Positions 28,205 to 41,889 of a DNA stretch of 64,000 nucleotides are shown one piece after another. The notes beneath the pieces were generated by a model. The model worked only from the letters and a program-made list of their open reading frames with translations. It was not told where the DNA came from and did no database searches. The DNA is from Nitrospirales bacterium (lineage in GTDB: Bacteria > Nitrospirota > Nitrospiria > Nitrospirales > UBA8639). Made by a program: the position numbers and the translations under genes. The DNA lies in assembly GCA_965203295.1 (NCBI GenBank), contig CBDBCZ010000018.1, positions 1,504,001-1,568,000 on the forward strand, in the 5' to 3' direction. How positions within the stretch are numbered: position 1 is the first letter of the stretch; each line of letters starts with the position of its first letter.

Positions 28205-29653
28205 GCTCTGGAAAGTCACATTTGAGATTCCCACTCGGTACTCTGAGAGGACAATGCTGGCGCTAAAGGAGAAACAGCTGAACAGCTTGACCCGGAATGA
28301 GATTGTACAGGGAATATCTGTGAAGATTTTCTATCGCTGCAAATACCCAATAAGTTCACAGGTAACCCCATTTGTCACTAAGTGTTTCTGTTTCTCTCCC
28401 CCCCATGCTGTGTGACCATTCTAAATAGTACCTATGGGATTCTGTGAACAAACTAGCTCTATAAAGACAGTATTTCTCCAAACAAGCTAGCAGTCTGTCG
28501 TAACTGGCCATGCTGAAATAATGTGAATGCAGCAGAACTTGCTCCTGCAACTACAATTTTTATTTTTACAACCTGAACACCCCCCCCCCCAAAAAAACAA
28601 AAAAACAGAACAAAAATGAAACTATGATAGGGAGTGTACGGTTATCATTTCGAGATGCCCCAGGCCTACACCCTGGCTATGGTCGTGTGCTATGTGAGAA
28701 TAAGTTATTTAGTTGAGCCGTGGAACAAGGCTATACCCTTAGCATTGGTGCCTAATACGTTACAAAATAAACTAAATCCACCTAAAAATTCATTTGTATA
28801 TTCCTTTATACAGCTCATCAATGACTTCATCCAGATCACTGGTCTCCGTGGTGATCCCGAAGAAAAATTGGCGGCTAAGTGGATTAAGTGGGCACCAAAA
28901 GTCACAACGTATGCAAAGAGTAAAAGAAGTGCAGCTATTCAGACGCAGCTTCATTTGCTGGATGGGAATGAAGAAGCTGCTGATGGTTAGTTAGCAGTTT
29001 TATCCATACACTTGTACTCTCGACAAGAGAAATAAGGATGACAGTGTTCACTTACTGACAGAACTTGAAGTAAGCGTAATGAAATGGATTATCTGCGTTT
29101 TTGAGCCTTGGAATGTTGTGTATTAGTTATCTGAAAGTTAAGCAATAGATATACAAGAAAACATGTTGTGTATTTGTCAAACTACCAGTGTACATCAGAG
29201 TTTTAATAATTAGCTCTCTCTGAACTGAGTAAAGATAAGTAAATGACCCCAAATCTTTACTGTGCCCTCTCGCAATGTATATGCGTGGCTTGAGTTTCTT
29301 TGTCCGAATTACTCTCATTATGTGTTGCTTTTAATTCTTCTTTAACCAGGATAATGAAGATCTCGATACCAAGATATCAGGTGGCATTTCAACACCGTAC
29401 CTGATTCAGTTTGGCAGTGGTGACATGCAGTTCTTCCTTGTCGCGGAGAAAGAACTGTTGGCTGAGTTGCCTTCGCTGTACAAGGCCATTGTTGCCCTTA
29501 TAGCAGTGTATTATGTTTTCGACATTGCCTATCCCACACCATGTATGATGAACACACTTTTTTTTTATGGAGCGCTTCCTGCTTGGAATAACAACTGGGA
29601 CAAAGTTCAACAAAACACTACTTGGCACCATCAGTGATATTGAAAAATGTTAG
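28205..29653 (+). pseudogene. Spliced SAMD3-like / transposon-accessory protein fragment
   Basis: Exons ~28210-28361 (FEIPTRYS..LTRNEIVQGI..KYP), 28814-28986, ~29027-29069 and 29350-29653 (..AIVALIAVYYVFDIAYP..; frameshift in a poly-T run). The YYVFxIxYP motif resembles SAMD3-like proteins often found in animal EnSpm/CACTA-type elements; this link is an inference. Confidence 0.55.
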
Positions 29654-29829
29654 TTTGTACCATTTATTTACCTGCCACCCGGCTTAGTCCTTTTGTATCT
29701 TTAGTTTGAAACACTTTAGTTAAAATGTAAGTGCACTGTACATATTCTTTTGTAATTGTAATGTATAGCTACTTGCTGTACTGTAACAGGTGTTGCTATA
29801 GCATTAGTTTTGGAACCACCCTAGCATTC

Positions 29830-30295
29830 ATAAATTCAAACACAATGATGTAGCATAAAAAGGCATTGAAAATCCGGTGCATGCGTCTTGTCAGAAACGC
29901 TTACAAAGAGCTGAAACACTCCCAAAATTTAAACACAATGATTTAGCATGTAAAGGGTAACTAACAGACAGACAGTAAATGAAGTCGAGAAACACGGCCT
30001 TAATATTAAAACTCAAGACTAACAATGAATAGAATATCTCCCCAAATTCAAACACAATGATTAAGCATATAAAGATATTGAAAATGTAGACAGAGTGTCT
30101 ATGTTGTCAAAAACGCTTACATGTACAATGACCAGAAGCATTCCCGAAATTCAAATACTATAATGATTTAACATAATCATAAAGGTCATAAAATGCAGTG
30201 TATACATCTTGTCAGAAACGCTCACAACGAGCACAAACGTCCCGGAAATTCAAGCACAATGATTGAGCATATTGATGTTATTGTAAATGCAGTGT
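29830..30295. repeat. ~92 bp degenerate satellite, same family as 32560-36760
   Basis: Repeated AAATTCAAACACAATGAT and GTCAGAAACGCT motifs. Confidence 0.8.
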
Positions 30296-30297
30296 TA

Positions 30298-30917
30298 CTT
30301 AATAGGTACATGTAAACCGCGGTAGCCAGGGATTTATGGTCCATAAACTGCCCTATAGCTAGCCCGAGGGCGAAACCCGAGGACGAGGGCTGTTTATGGC
30401 CATAAATCCCTGGCAACCGCGGTTTATGTTATATTATTAAGCGGATTGGTTCTTTGGGTGCATAGTAACCGACGCTTAGCTAGTAGCTACAGTACTACAG
30501 TATATATCGCTCTGTGCGGTTCTCCGACTTGTCTTGGTTTACCCGAGTGGACGGAATGCTGTAAACAAAACAGTCGCTTCGCTGAGAAACTGTCGCCGGC
30601 TACACGTGGCGGAAGTGGCGTAATAAGCACCGCCCCCACGACCCAGCTCCTCCCTCTACTTTAGCTACTCTCATCGGGAGACGCCCCCTTATTGAACAAG
30701 TGACTCTCGCGCTATGCTAATGACTGCATGCATGTATAGAAGTGCTGTATGTTATATATTACCCTGAGGGCTGGAGTATATGTATAGGATATACCACGTC
30801 TACAAGGAGTATAAGCGCAGATAAACTCCGCTAGACAGTTTACCCGAGGCGTACATGTAGGGTAAATCGTCTAGCGGAGTTTATCGCGTTTATACTCCGA
30901 TTAGGCGTGGTATATCC
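30298..30917. mobile_element. Element bounded by two imperfect palindromes (30298-30441 and 30787-30917), Crypton-like
   Basis: Each end is a self-complementary ~130-145 bp block centred on CCCGAGG motifs. Confidence 0.5.
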
Positions 30918-31167
30918 GGCTTATATCACAGGCGGCCAATCGCTTCTTGCCGTTTGTCATCGCCATAGCTACCATTCAGTAGTATTCATTTATTACGTAA
31001 CAAAAAACACGTTAACGAACATGAAAACACGCATGGAAAACATGAAAACAAAATAGTAGTATAAACACCTTTATACTCCTCTCTGTAGCCAATGAATTTC
31101 TCCAAAAGTGATGTAATGTGGTATAAGAAACATGATCTACAACTTCCTGTCAGTATATGGATAGGAG

Positions 31168-31631
31168 AGGAGAAACAGCTGAACAGCTTGACCCGGAATG
31201 AGATTGTACAGGGAATATCTGCGAAGATTTTCAATCGCTGCAAATACCCAATAAGTTCACAGGTAACCCCATTTGTCACTAAGGGTTTCTGTTTCTCTCC
31301 CCCCCATGCTGTGTGACCATTCTAAATAGTACCTACGGGATTTCTGTGAACAAACTAGCTCTATAAAGACAGTATTTCTCCAAACAAGCTAGCAGTCTGT
31401 CGTAGCTGGCCATGCTGAAATAACGTCAAAGCAGCAGAACTTGTAGGTAATCTTTGAAACACTTTAGTTAAAATGTAAATGCACTGTACACATTCTTTTG
31501 TAATTGTAATGTATAGCTACTTGCTGTACTGTAACAGGTGTTGCTATAGCATTAGTTTTGGAACCACCCTAGCATTCATAAATTCAAACACAATGATGTG
31601 GCATAAAAAGGTATTGAAAATCCGGTGCATG
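31168..31631. repeat. Fused duplicates of 28267-28541 and 29706-29884
   Basis: Near-identical blocks, joined with the intervening ~1.15 kb absent. Confidence 0.85.
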
Positions 31632-31679
31632 CAGAAATTGTTATCCAGGGCAACTGGAGTCAATATATAAGGAAGCAGA

Positions 31680-31930
31680 TGAATGTCTTGCAAGGTTCTT
31701 GCACCAGATCTTGCAGGATTTTTCTGAGTCACGCAAATTTTAACACAAGATTCTAACACCTTGCAAGATTTTTGTTGCATGATGAGAAGTTTTGCAAGGG
31801 CTTGCAAGAGATAAAATGCAAGAACGCTGCCAAAATCCTTGAGAGTCCTGCAAGAAGTCTGCTAGATAACTTACAAAATTCTGCAAGAAAGCTATGTTAG
31901 AACATTGCAAGACCTTGCAAGGAAACTCTG
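31680..31930. repeat. CTTGCAAG-rich subterminal-type repeat cluster
   Basis: More than 10 (T/C)TGCAAG-like motifs in both orientations. Confidence 0.6.
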
Positions 31931-32273
31931 CATTTCACAACATGAGGAAGTTTTCATAGGTCTACACAAGCACCTGATAGAATGGTTCTTTTTTGTCTGC
32001 CATCAAAATGAAACCCTTCTTCTGATGTAGTACCTCCACAAGAAACTGCAAAACATGTACCAAGATTCCCAGTTAAGGTCATATCCAATAGCAGACAAGG
32101 CCTACAAGTTAATGTACCTGACAAACATTGTCCTTGAACAGGGACAGCATCTTCCCAGGGGTTAGTGTGTGAGCTTTTGCTATTCTGGGAACCTGTGAAG
32201 AAAATAGCTATAAATAATACACTTGACATTTAAATGATATATACCTACAAATAGTTTACAATCTGACAGCAAC

Positions 32274-35200
32274 TGTACATATTTACAGTTTTTGAAGGAA
32301 TTAATCACCTTTTTAATACATTCTGTGTTAGTGTATATGGACAATCATGTACATGTGTTTTACACAGTAAGTTAGACACACGTACATGCCCATACACACA
32401 ACATCGCATACGAAGAGAAGGGAGAGAAATTTTTCTGTGTTGTATGATGAACTTATGTAGATGCGTTTGAATTTGGGAGCGTCTCATCTTTTCAGAGCTT
32501 CTAATAAGAGACATAACCAGCATACTTCCAATACTTGTTTCATATCCTAATATTTGAGTTTCAATTTCGGGAATGATTGTACCTCTTATAAAATTTTCTG
32601 ATACGATACATGCACTGCATTTTAAAAACCATTATAGGTAAAATTACTGTGTTTGACTTTGGGGAAAGTTTCGCTCTTTGTCAGCGTTTTTGACAGGACA
32701 AACACACTACATTTTATAACATTTTATCCTAAATCTTTGCATTTTAATTTCGGGAACGTTTCTGCTCATTGTGCATGTTTCTGTCGAGATATATACACTT
32801 TATTTTCAATACCCTTGTATGCTAAATCATTGCGTTTATACTTTGGGAACGTTTCTGCTCATTTCAAGCGTTTCTAACAAGACTATATACACAGCATTTC
32901 ACTACAATTATATCATGCTGAAGCATTGTGTTTTAAATTTCGGGAACGTTTCTGCTCTTCGTAAGCATTTCTGACAAAACACATGCACTACATTTTCAAT
33001 GCCTTACTCTATCATTGTGTTTGAATTTTGGGAGCGTTGCTGCTCTTTGTAAGCGTTTGTGACAACATATATACACTGCATTAGCAATAGCATTATATGT
33101 TCAATCATTGTGTTTGAATTTTTGGGACGTTTCTACTTGTTATGAACGTTTCTGACAAGTTATATACACTGCATTTTAAATACCCTTATATGGTTTGAAA
33201 TTCAGTCACGTTGCTACTCGTTTTCAACGTTTCTGACATGATTATAATGTCCACCAAATCTTCAATAGACTTATATTATTATATATATATGCTAAATGAT
33301 TGTGGTTATATATCGGGAGCATTTCTGCTCTCCGTAAGCTATTCTGACACGGTATTAACACTGCATTTTCAATGCCATTATATGCTAACTATTGAGTTTG
33401 AATTTTGGGAGCGTTCCTGCTCGATTTTAGCGTTTGTGACAACATACATAAACCGCATTTTCAATACTTTTATAGGCTAAATTAATGTGTTTGGAATTCG
33501 GGCACGTTTCTGCTCATTTTGGACCTTTCGGAAAGCTTCTACTAGTTGTAAGCGTTTCTGATAGGACATATAAACTACATTTCGAATGCATGCGTTTTTA
33601 TGCTATGTCATTGTACTTACATTTCGGGAAGGTTTCTGCTCATTGTGAGCGTTTCTGACGACTGCATTTTCAATAATTACATAGGCTGAACCATTGTATT
33701 TGAAAATTGGGAGCATTTCTGCTATTTGTAAGCGTTCATGACAAGACACATGCATGCTGCATTTTCAAAAGTTTTGTATGCAAATTCATTGTGTTCAAAA
33801 TTCGGGAGCATTTCTGCTCTTCGTAAGCATTACTGACAATATATATATACACCGTCTTTTATATGCATGCGAAATCATTGAGCTTGAACTTCAGAAAGTT
33901 GTAGTCTTCGTGACCGTTTATGCAAGATATATACACAGCATTTTCAATTTCTTTATGTGCTAAATGATTGTTTTTGAATTTCGAAAGCATTTAGCTCTTT
34001 GTAATCATTTATAACATTCAAGGTACATGCACTGCATTTTCAATTCCTTTAATTGCAATTTCGCTATTTGGAATTTCGAGATCGTTTCTGACAAGATATA
34101 TACACTGCATTTTTAATGCCATTATATGCTAAATCATAGTGTTTGAAGTTCGGGAGCGTTTTTGCTCTTTGTAAGCGTTTCTGACCAGATATATCCACTG
34201 CACTTTCAGTAGCTTTGTATCCTAAATTAATGTGTTTGAATTTTGGGAACAGTTTAGCTCTTAGAAATTAGTAATCTTTTTCGACTAGATACTTGCACTA
34301 CATTTTCACTATTACAATTAGAGTCAACATGATTTCAGGAGCGTTTCTGCACTGCATTTTCTATGCCTGGTTATGCTAAGTCATCGTTTTTCGAATTTTG
34401 AGCACGTTTTTATTCTCTGTAAGCGTTTCTGACAAGATATACACACCGTATTTTCTATATCTTTATATCTCATGTCATTGTGTTTGAATTTTTGAAAAGT
34501 TTCTGATCTTTGTAACGTTTCTGACAAGAGATATATCCTACATTTTCAATACTTTTATGATATGCCAAATCGTTGTTTTTAAAATTTGGGCACGTTTCTG
34601 CTCCTTTTGAAAATTTCTGACAAGACATATATATATACACTGCATTTTCAATACCTTGATATAAATCATTTTTTGGGTGAGTTGCTGCTCTGCAAAAATA
34701 CGGTGTGTATGTCTTGTCAGAAACTCTTACAGAGAATAAAAACGTGCTCAAATTCGAAAAACAATGACTTAGCATAACCTGGCATAGAAAATGCAGTGTA
34801 TATTCTCATCAGAAACGCTCACAACGAGCTGAAACGCCCCTAAAATTCAAACACAATGTTTTAGTATAAACTAATGTATAAATATTCAGTTGAATAATTG
34901 AAAATGTACTTCAATCATGTATCTTGTCAAAAATGTTCACAAAGTGCTGAAACGATCCTGAAATCATGTTGGCTCTAATGGTAATAGTGAAAATGTAGTG
35001 CAAGTATCTAGTCGAAAAAGATTACTAATTTCTAAGAGCTAAACTGTTCCCAAAATTCAAACACAATGATTTAGGATACAAAGCTACTGAAAGTGCAGTG
35101 GATATATCTGGTCAGAAACGCTTACAAAGAGCAAAAACGCTCCCGAACTTCAAACACTATGATTTAGCATATAATGGCATTAAAAATGCAGTGTATATAT

Positions 35201-37036
35201 CTTGTCAGAAACGATCTCGAAATTCCAACATAGCGAAATTGCAATTAAAGGAATTGAAAATGCAGTGCATGTACCTTGAATGTTATAAATGATTACAAAG
35301 AGCTGAATGCTTTCGAAATTCAAAAACAATCATTTAGCACATTAAGAAATTGAAAATGTTGTGTATATATATCTTGCATAAACGGTCACGAAGACTACAA
35401 ACTTTCTGCAGTTCAAGCTCAATGATTTCGCATATAAAAGACGGTGTATATATATATTGTCAGTAATGCTTACTAAGAGCAGAAATGCTCCCGAATTTTG
35501 AACACAATGAAATTGCATACAAAACTTTTGAAAATGCAGCATGCATGCATGTGTCTTGTCATGAACGCTTACAAATAGCAGAAATGCTCCCAATTTTCAA
35601 ATACAATGGTTTAGCCTATGTAATTATTGAAAATGCAGTCGTCAGAAACGCTCACAATGAGCAGAAACCTTCCCGAAATGTAAGTACAATGACATAGCAT
35701 AAAAACGCATGCATTCGAAATGTAGTTTATATGTCCTATCAGAAACACTTATAAATAGTAGAAGCTTTCCGAAAGGTTCAAAATGAGCAGAAACGTGCCC
35801 GAATTCCAAACACATTAATTAAGCCTATAAAAGTATTGAAAATGCAGTTTATGTATGTTGTCACAAACGCTAATATAGAGCAGGAACGCTCCCGAAATTC
35901 AAACTCAATAGTTAGCATATAATGGCATTGAAAATGCAGTGTTAATACCTTGTCAGAATCGCTTACGGAGAGCAGAAATGCTCCCGATATATAACCACAA
36001 TCATTTAGCATAATTATATATGATAATATCAGTGTATTGAAGATTCGGTGGACATTATAATCATGTCAGAAACGTTGAAAACGAGTAGCAACGTGACTGA
36101 ATTTCAAACCATATAAGGGTATTTAAAATGCAGTGTATATAACTTGTCAGAAACGTTCATAACAAGTAGAAACGTCCCAAAAATTCAAACACAATGATTG
36201 AACATATTATAATGCTATTGCTAATGCAGTGTATATATGTTGTCACAAACGCTTACAAAGAGCAGCAACACTCCCAAAATTCAAACACAATGATATAGAG
36301 TAAGGCATTGAAAATGTAGTGCATGTGTTTTGTCAGAAATGCTTACGAAGAGCAGAAACGTTCCCGAAATTTAAAACACAATGCTTCAGTATGATATAAT
36401 TGTAGTGAAATGCTGTGTATTATAGTCTTGTTAGAAACGCTTGAAATGAGCAGAAACGTTCCCAAAGTATAAACGCAATGATTTAGCATACAAGGGTATT
36501 GAAATAAAGTGTATATATCTCGACAGAAACATGCACAATGAGCAGAAATGTTCCCGAAATTAAAATGCAAAGATTTAGGATAAAATGTTATAAAATGCAG
36601 TGTGATTGTCCTGTCAAAAACGCTGACAAAGAGCGAAACTTTTCCCAAAGTCAAACACAGTAATTTTGCCTATAATAATGGTTTTTAAAATGCAGTGCAT
36701 GTATCGTATCAGAAAGTTTTATAAGAGGTACAATCATTTCAGAAATTGAAACTCAAATATTAGGATATGAAACAAGTATTGGAAGCATGCTGGTTATGTC
36801 TCTTATCAGAAGCTCTGAAAAGATGAGACGCTCCCAAATTCAAACGCGTCTACGTAAGTTCATCATACAACACAGAAAAATTTCTCTCCCTTCTCTTCGT
36901 ATGCGATGTTGTGTGTATGGGCATGTACGTGTGTCTAACTTACTGTGTAAAACACATGTACATGATTGTCCATATACACTAACACAAAATGTATTAAAAA
37001 GGTGATTAATTCCTTCAAAAACTGTAAATATGTACA
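32274..37036. repeat. ~4.8 kb palindrome: arms ~32274-34455 and ~34694-37036, mostly a ~92 bp satellite
   Basis: Arms are near-identical reverse complements (ORFs 32305-/36787+, 32653+/36343- and 33211+/35778- mirror each other). Spacer is ~240 bp. The right arm has ~145 bp extra at ~34800-34945. Confidence 0.92.
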
Positions 37037-37342
37037 TGCGAGAACTCGAAACTGCATGTAGCTCGCGAAGGGCTAGCTACACCAGACTGCGCTTATATCT
37101 ACCTTTCAACCGCAGTTACGATGTCTGAAAAGTTGGAGTTCGCCCATTGCCGATGTCGAATGCCAGAGACAGTGCTGGAAAAATTATGCCCTCAGTGACA
37201 AGATGAGATGTGCCGTGACAGAGAAGTCCAGTGATCATGCAACCAAAACAGCACCAGCAACCCCACTCAGTGGCGCATGAATATAGTAATTCTGTTCAAG
37301 ACGAGCAGAAAATCGTAGGTGAGGGGTGGGAGTCTGAATTCG

Positions 37343-37405
37343 GTGGACTGGACTGGACTGGACTGGACTGGACTACTGGAATGGAATACTGGAATGGAAT
37401 ACTGG
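37343..37405. repeat. (GGACT)n/(GGAAT)n pentamer tract
   Basis: Directly visible in the sequence. Confidence 0.85.
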
Positions 37406-37839
37406 TCCAGAAATAGGCGGTGTTGTGGCATGCTCGTTAGTGATCGTGCCGGTTAGTGAAATATGAATAATGCAACGTTAGCGGACCTGCCAAATGTCAT
37501 AATCGTTGTAGTTACGTACGTGAACGTCCGTATTCGCGATTCATTAACGAGCACAGAAACTCGGAAGTTTGTGGGCCGTGCTGGTTTATGAAACCTGAGG
37601 CAAGAGCTAGATGGCTGTAAGTTCACTACGTGTATATGACTATGCGACTCAGCACTTGTCCAGGTATTAAAAACACACTGTAGGTGCGCAGAAACGGGCT
37701 CATAGGCTACATCATTTCTGCCATGGAAGATTAGCTAGCGGGCTATAGTCGCGACCTAGACAGCAATAGTATATTTCTGCCAGTTAGTGAGTCAAAATGG
37801 GTCTTTAAGTGTCCATCATACCGAAGTTTAAACTTGTTA

Positions 37840-38625
37840 TCTATAGTGAAAGTCATGATTTTATAGCCGTGGAGTCTTTATAGTGTCCATCGGCTGTTTT
37901 ATTGTTTACATTGTCTTTCCACTACCTGGCATGGCAGTTTACCCCCATGCCGATTAGTGAAAGTCATAGTTTTATAGCCGTGGGGACCTTAAAGTATCCA
38001 ACGGCTGTTCAATATCATCTACATTGTCCTTCCACTAACTGGCATGGCAGATTTCCACCATGCCGGTTAGTGAAATTTTATAGTCATGGGGTCCTTAAAG
38101 TGTCCATTGGCTGTTGGAATATCACTTGCATTGTCCTTCCACTAACGGGCATGGCAGATTTCCACCATGCCGGTTAGTGAAAGTCATAATTTTATAGTCG
38201 TGGGGTCCTTAAAGTGTCCTTCGGCTGTTGGAATATCACTTGCATTGTCCTTCCACTAACTGGCATGGTAGATTACCCCCATGCCGGTTAGTGAAAGTCA
38301 TAATTTTATAGCCGTGGAGTCGATAAAGTGTCCTTCGGCTGTTGAAATATCATTTACAATGTCCTTCCACTAATTGGCATGGCAGATTTCCACCATGCTG
38401 GTTAGTAAAAGTCATAATTTTATAGCCGTGGAGTCGATAAAGTGTCCTTCGGCTGTTGAAATATCATTTACAATGTCCTTCCACTAATTGGCATGGCAGA
38501 TTACCCCCATTCCGGTTAGTGAAAGTCATAATATTATAGCCGTGGGGTCCTTAAAGTGTCCTTCGGCTGTTGAAATATCATCTACATAGTTCTTCCACTA
38601 ACTGACATGGCAGTTTACACCCATG
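37840..38625. repeat. 114-bp tandem array, ~7 copies
   Basis: GCCGGTTAGTGAAAGTCAT-type starts recur at 38169, 38283, 38397 and 38511. Each unit also holds the inverted motif CACTAA(C/T)TGGC. Confidence 0.9.
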
Positions 38626-38862
38626 CTGGGTCTTTTAGCTGTAGAAATGATTATTATTTACATACCCAGGTGGGTAGTGAGATCATTTAAGCATCCACTA
38701 GCCAATCTGATATCATGTATTCATGGTCCTTTGTAGTTGTGTCACTAGTATTATTATTGGTATAATAATATCCAACAGTAATAATAAAACCAGTAATGTA
38801 CAAAATACTACATTGCATTTTAAATTACTATTCAATATCTTCTTCCTGTGATATTGACTTCT

Positions 38863-41760
38863 TCAGTTCATGGATCGGCTTATATAATTCTGCTTGGCCA
38901 AACTGTACTCAATGTTAAACGCAACACTGATGATTGTGACCATCGCCTGCAAGAAGTGTACAAGGGCACATTTTAAAGGCTTATACATTTCCAAAGTCAT
39001 GCAGGTGTTTCTGACCTCTGGCCAGAGAATTTCACGAGCAACTCGTGCTGCAGGGTGCTGGATTCCTGGGTCTTCTTTCTTTGCATGTTCAGCAATGGTT
39101 GTCAAGAAATATAAAATTTCCATTACCTGTATCTTAAGTAGTTGATGTGTTGATCTGCATGATTGTAACATTTATATTTCAGTAGTATTTTCTTACAATC
39201 ATAGGATGTGTACATGTAAGTGGCCAAGTATCTGCTGGAGTGGCTCTTTCCTTCAGGGTGGGTACAGTTTCCAAGTTTTCCCCAAACTCACTCTGCCCAG
39301 GATGCGCTGCAACACGTAACAACCACCCCTACAGCAAATACATCGCTTTTGTTTATGCTTCATTAATTATTGCTTTTCCTAACCATTATTATTGTGTACA
39401 TGCATGTGTCAACAAACCTCCGCCTCTTTCAGAGCCAAATGTATCACAGTTCTTGCTATCTCTAGACATCCATCTCTGTAAGTGACATTGCATACAATTA
39501 TGGTTGTTTTGAGTACATGTAGGCGTATATTGCATGCTCACCTCATCGGAGGTCCATGTCTAGAATAGAGCAAACCTCTAATGGTTTGTATATAAAGTTG
39601 TTCATTTGTTACATATCTAAACAAGGATTCCTCCTGTGGGACAGTGCGCTCCAAGAAGGAAGGCACCAGGATCTGGATATCTCCTAGCCATGCAGTCATG
39701 AGTAATAAAGGGCACACTGAGTAAATGTGAATTCATGTACAAGCACAGCAAAGAAGATTCTGGCTGAAGTCTAGCTTACCATATATCTCATCATCTTCTG
39801 TACTAGAGGTTTCAGTGGATGCATCAGATGCATCCGGTGAGTCTGAAATGAAATATTACTCAAAGTTAGTAAATCAAGGCCTGTATGATCATGAGGTAAA
39901 GTTTACTTACCAGTTGGTTTTCTTTTGTGATGTTTCTGTCCAAAAAAAGCAACATGACCCTGTTATTGTTCAAAATCAATGTGGTCTTAATGTGTTATTA
40001 GAGACATACCTTTGGAGTACAGAGTTTTATGTTTAACGTACTATCAAAATCCAGTGAGCTCCCACATTCACTGGGATAATCAGCTTCTTAAGTTTCATCA
40101 CCTTCTCCTGTGATTTGCACATCATTATGACATCTAGTCAGAATTGTACGTATACAGTAAAATTAGGTCAATACCTTGATGTAGTTCATGCACTTTTTCT
40201 CTGATTCTTTGTGTCCTGCCTTCCATCTCATTAGTGCTTCATAAAATAAAGTTGTGACACACAGCACCCGCTTACAAGGGCGTTTTGTGATTGGTAGCTG
40301 AATGAATGTGCATAAAAAGCTTCTTAATAATACGTATATGTACTTGCTGGTTAGGTAGACAATAAATGTTTCACATACAATACCTTCATTATTCGTTTCT
40401 CTTCCTCTGCATTCAGAATCATCATGTAGAAATTTATCACCTGAGTGGTATGAGCATGCTCTAGTTAGCATGCTTTTTATGTTACTGATACTTATATACC
40501 TGATCATTAAGCCACTGGCCATAGGCAATATTCCGGAGATCATCTGCACAAACTGCCAAAGTTCCTAGAGTAAGCACTGCGGTCGATGAATGAATACCTG
40601 TATTGAGTAGGGAGTCACATAATATTCATTATGTGTACTCTGATAATATGACTGTAACAATACCGTCTTTTTCCAGTGGCGAGTGCGGCATATTGTCATT
40701 GTCCTCGCTGGAACAATTAGGGATTAAGCAAAATATAAGGATAAAGTCAAGATGACCAACATTGTCGACTATATACATACCTATTATTGGGTGATTGTGA
40801 TGAGTCCATCCCACTACCATCAGTGGAAGTGTTGTGGTTCACAACTGTTGGCCTATACCATCAGAAATGATAATTATAGGTGAACATTTCTTAGTGTATA
40901 CACTATCTCTTAGATGAATGCATGCTACCCATGAAACGTACACATTTTTTTGCACAACACCACAGGTTTTCATGTGTGAGTTGATGAGTCGCATCGGATA
41001 GTGGACCTGACAGTTATGACACCGAATATCCCAAACTAAAGAACAGTCCAGCAATTGGTCCTGCTGAATAATACATGAACAGATGATCAAAAAGGAATAT
41101 TATCACTTGTTTCAAATTCTGTAATACCTCAATGCTAAGATTCCCTAGGTTTTGATGTGATGGTGACTGTACATTTGGCAAACATTCTCGACACGATAAA
41201 TCACGTTCAGTTTTTGATGTTATTGCCACACTTCCATCTGTAACAAATGAAGAGTGAATTGTACAGCATGCAAAAAGCACTGATAATAGCCGTTATTCTC
41301 ACTCATTGTGGTAGCCCCTTGCGTCTCTTTAGTGAATGTTTTGATTCTTTTTCTAGGTGGTGTAACTATATGTAGAAAGATATGAAAAATTGAATGACAA
41401 CATATGTATCTTTAAAAAGTGATGCATGGTGGCATGCCTTCAGAATCACTGTCTCTATTGTGAGGTACTGTATCCAAGAAAGCTGTTCCTTCCATGTCTG
41501 TAGTTGGAAAAAGAATTCAGTTCCTCAACAGATGTATTGGTTGTAGAAACCAATTCCATTGACTGACCTGTGCTTAATTGCGCTCTTGGTTCATTGTCAT
41601 AATCATAATCTTGCACATTGATTGAGCTCTGTTATAGACATGTACACAGTAGTAGTTAAATAGAAGCTCTAGTGTAGGTTTAAAAATGTACTTACGGGTT
41701 CTTTTACTTTAGCTGTCTCTATTGATGTCTTCAAATGTGGGTGATTGCTAAGAATGCCTA
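38863..41760 (-). pseudogene. Multi-exon UBZ zinc finger + Ulp1/C48 SUMO-protease-like gene with an incomplete catalytic domain
   Basis: Exons include 41063-40942 (CHNCQVHYPMRLINSHMKTC), ~40598-40501 (DLRNIAYGQWLNDQ), 40440-40384 (VINFYMMIL), 40297-40175 (TTLFYEAL) and 40107-40042 (IIPVNVGAHWILI). About 7 further phase-compatible exons run to a stop at 38863. No Asp or QQ..DCG exons were found. The 5' extent is uncertain. Confidence 0.75.
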
Positions 41761-41889
41761 TTTGGAGCAAAATAAAAAAGCAGTAAATATACAATACATA
41801 CACATTGATAGACCTGTACTGAATACAGGCCCACGTACTCAAGTTATTAGCGCTCACTCTTTATACCTGCATGTAAATGAGCCAGCATA

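Noticed and set aside
32305..37037. Paired short ORFs in the palindrome arms as real genes
   Set aside because: They are mirror translations of satellite sequence with no recognisable domain.
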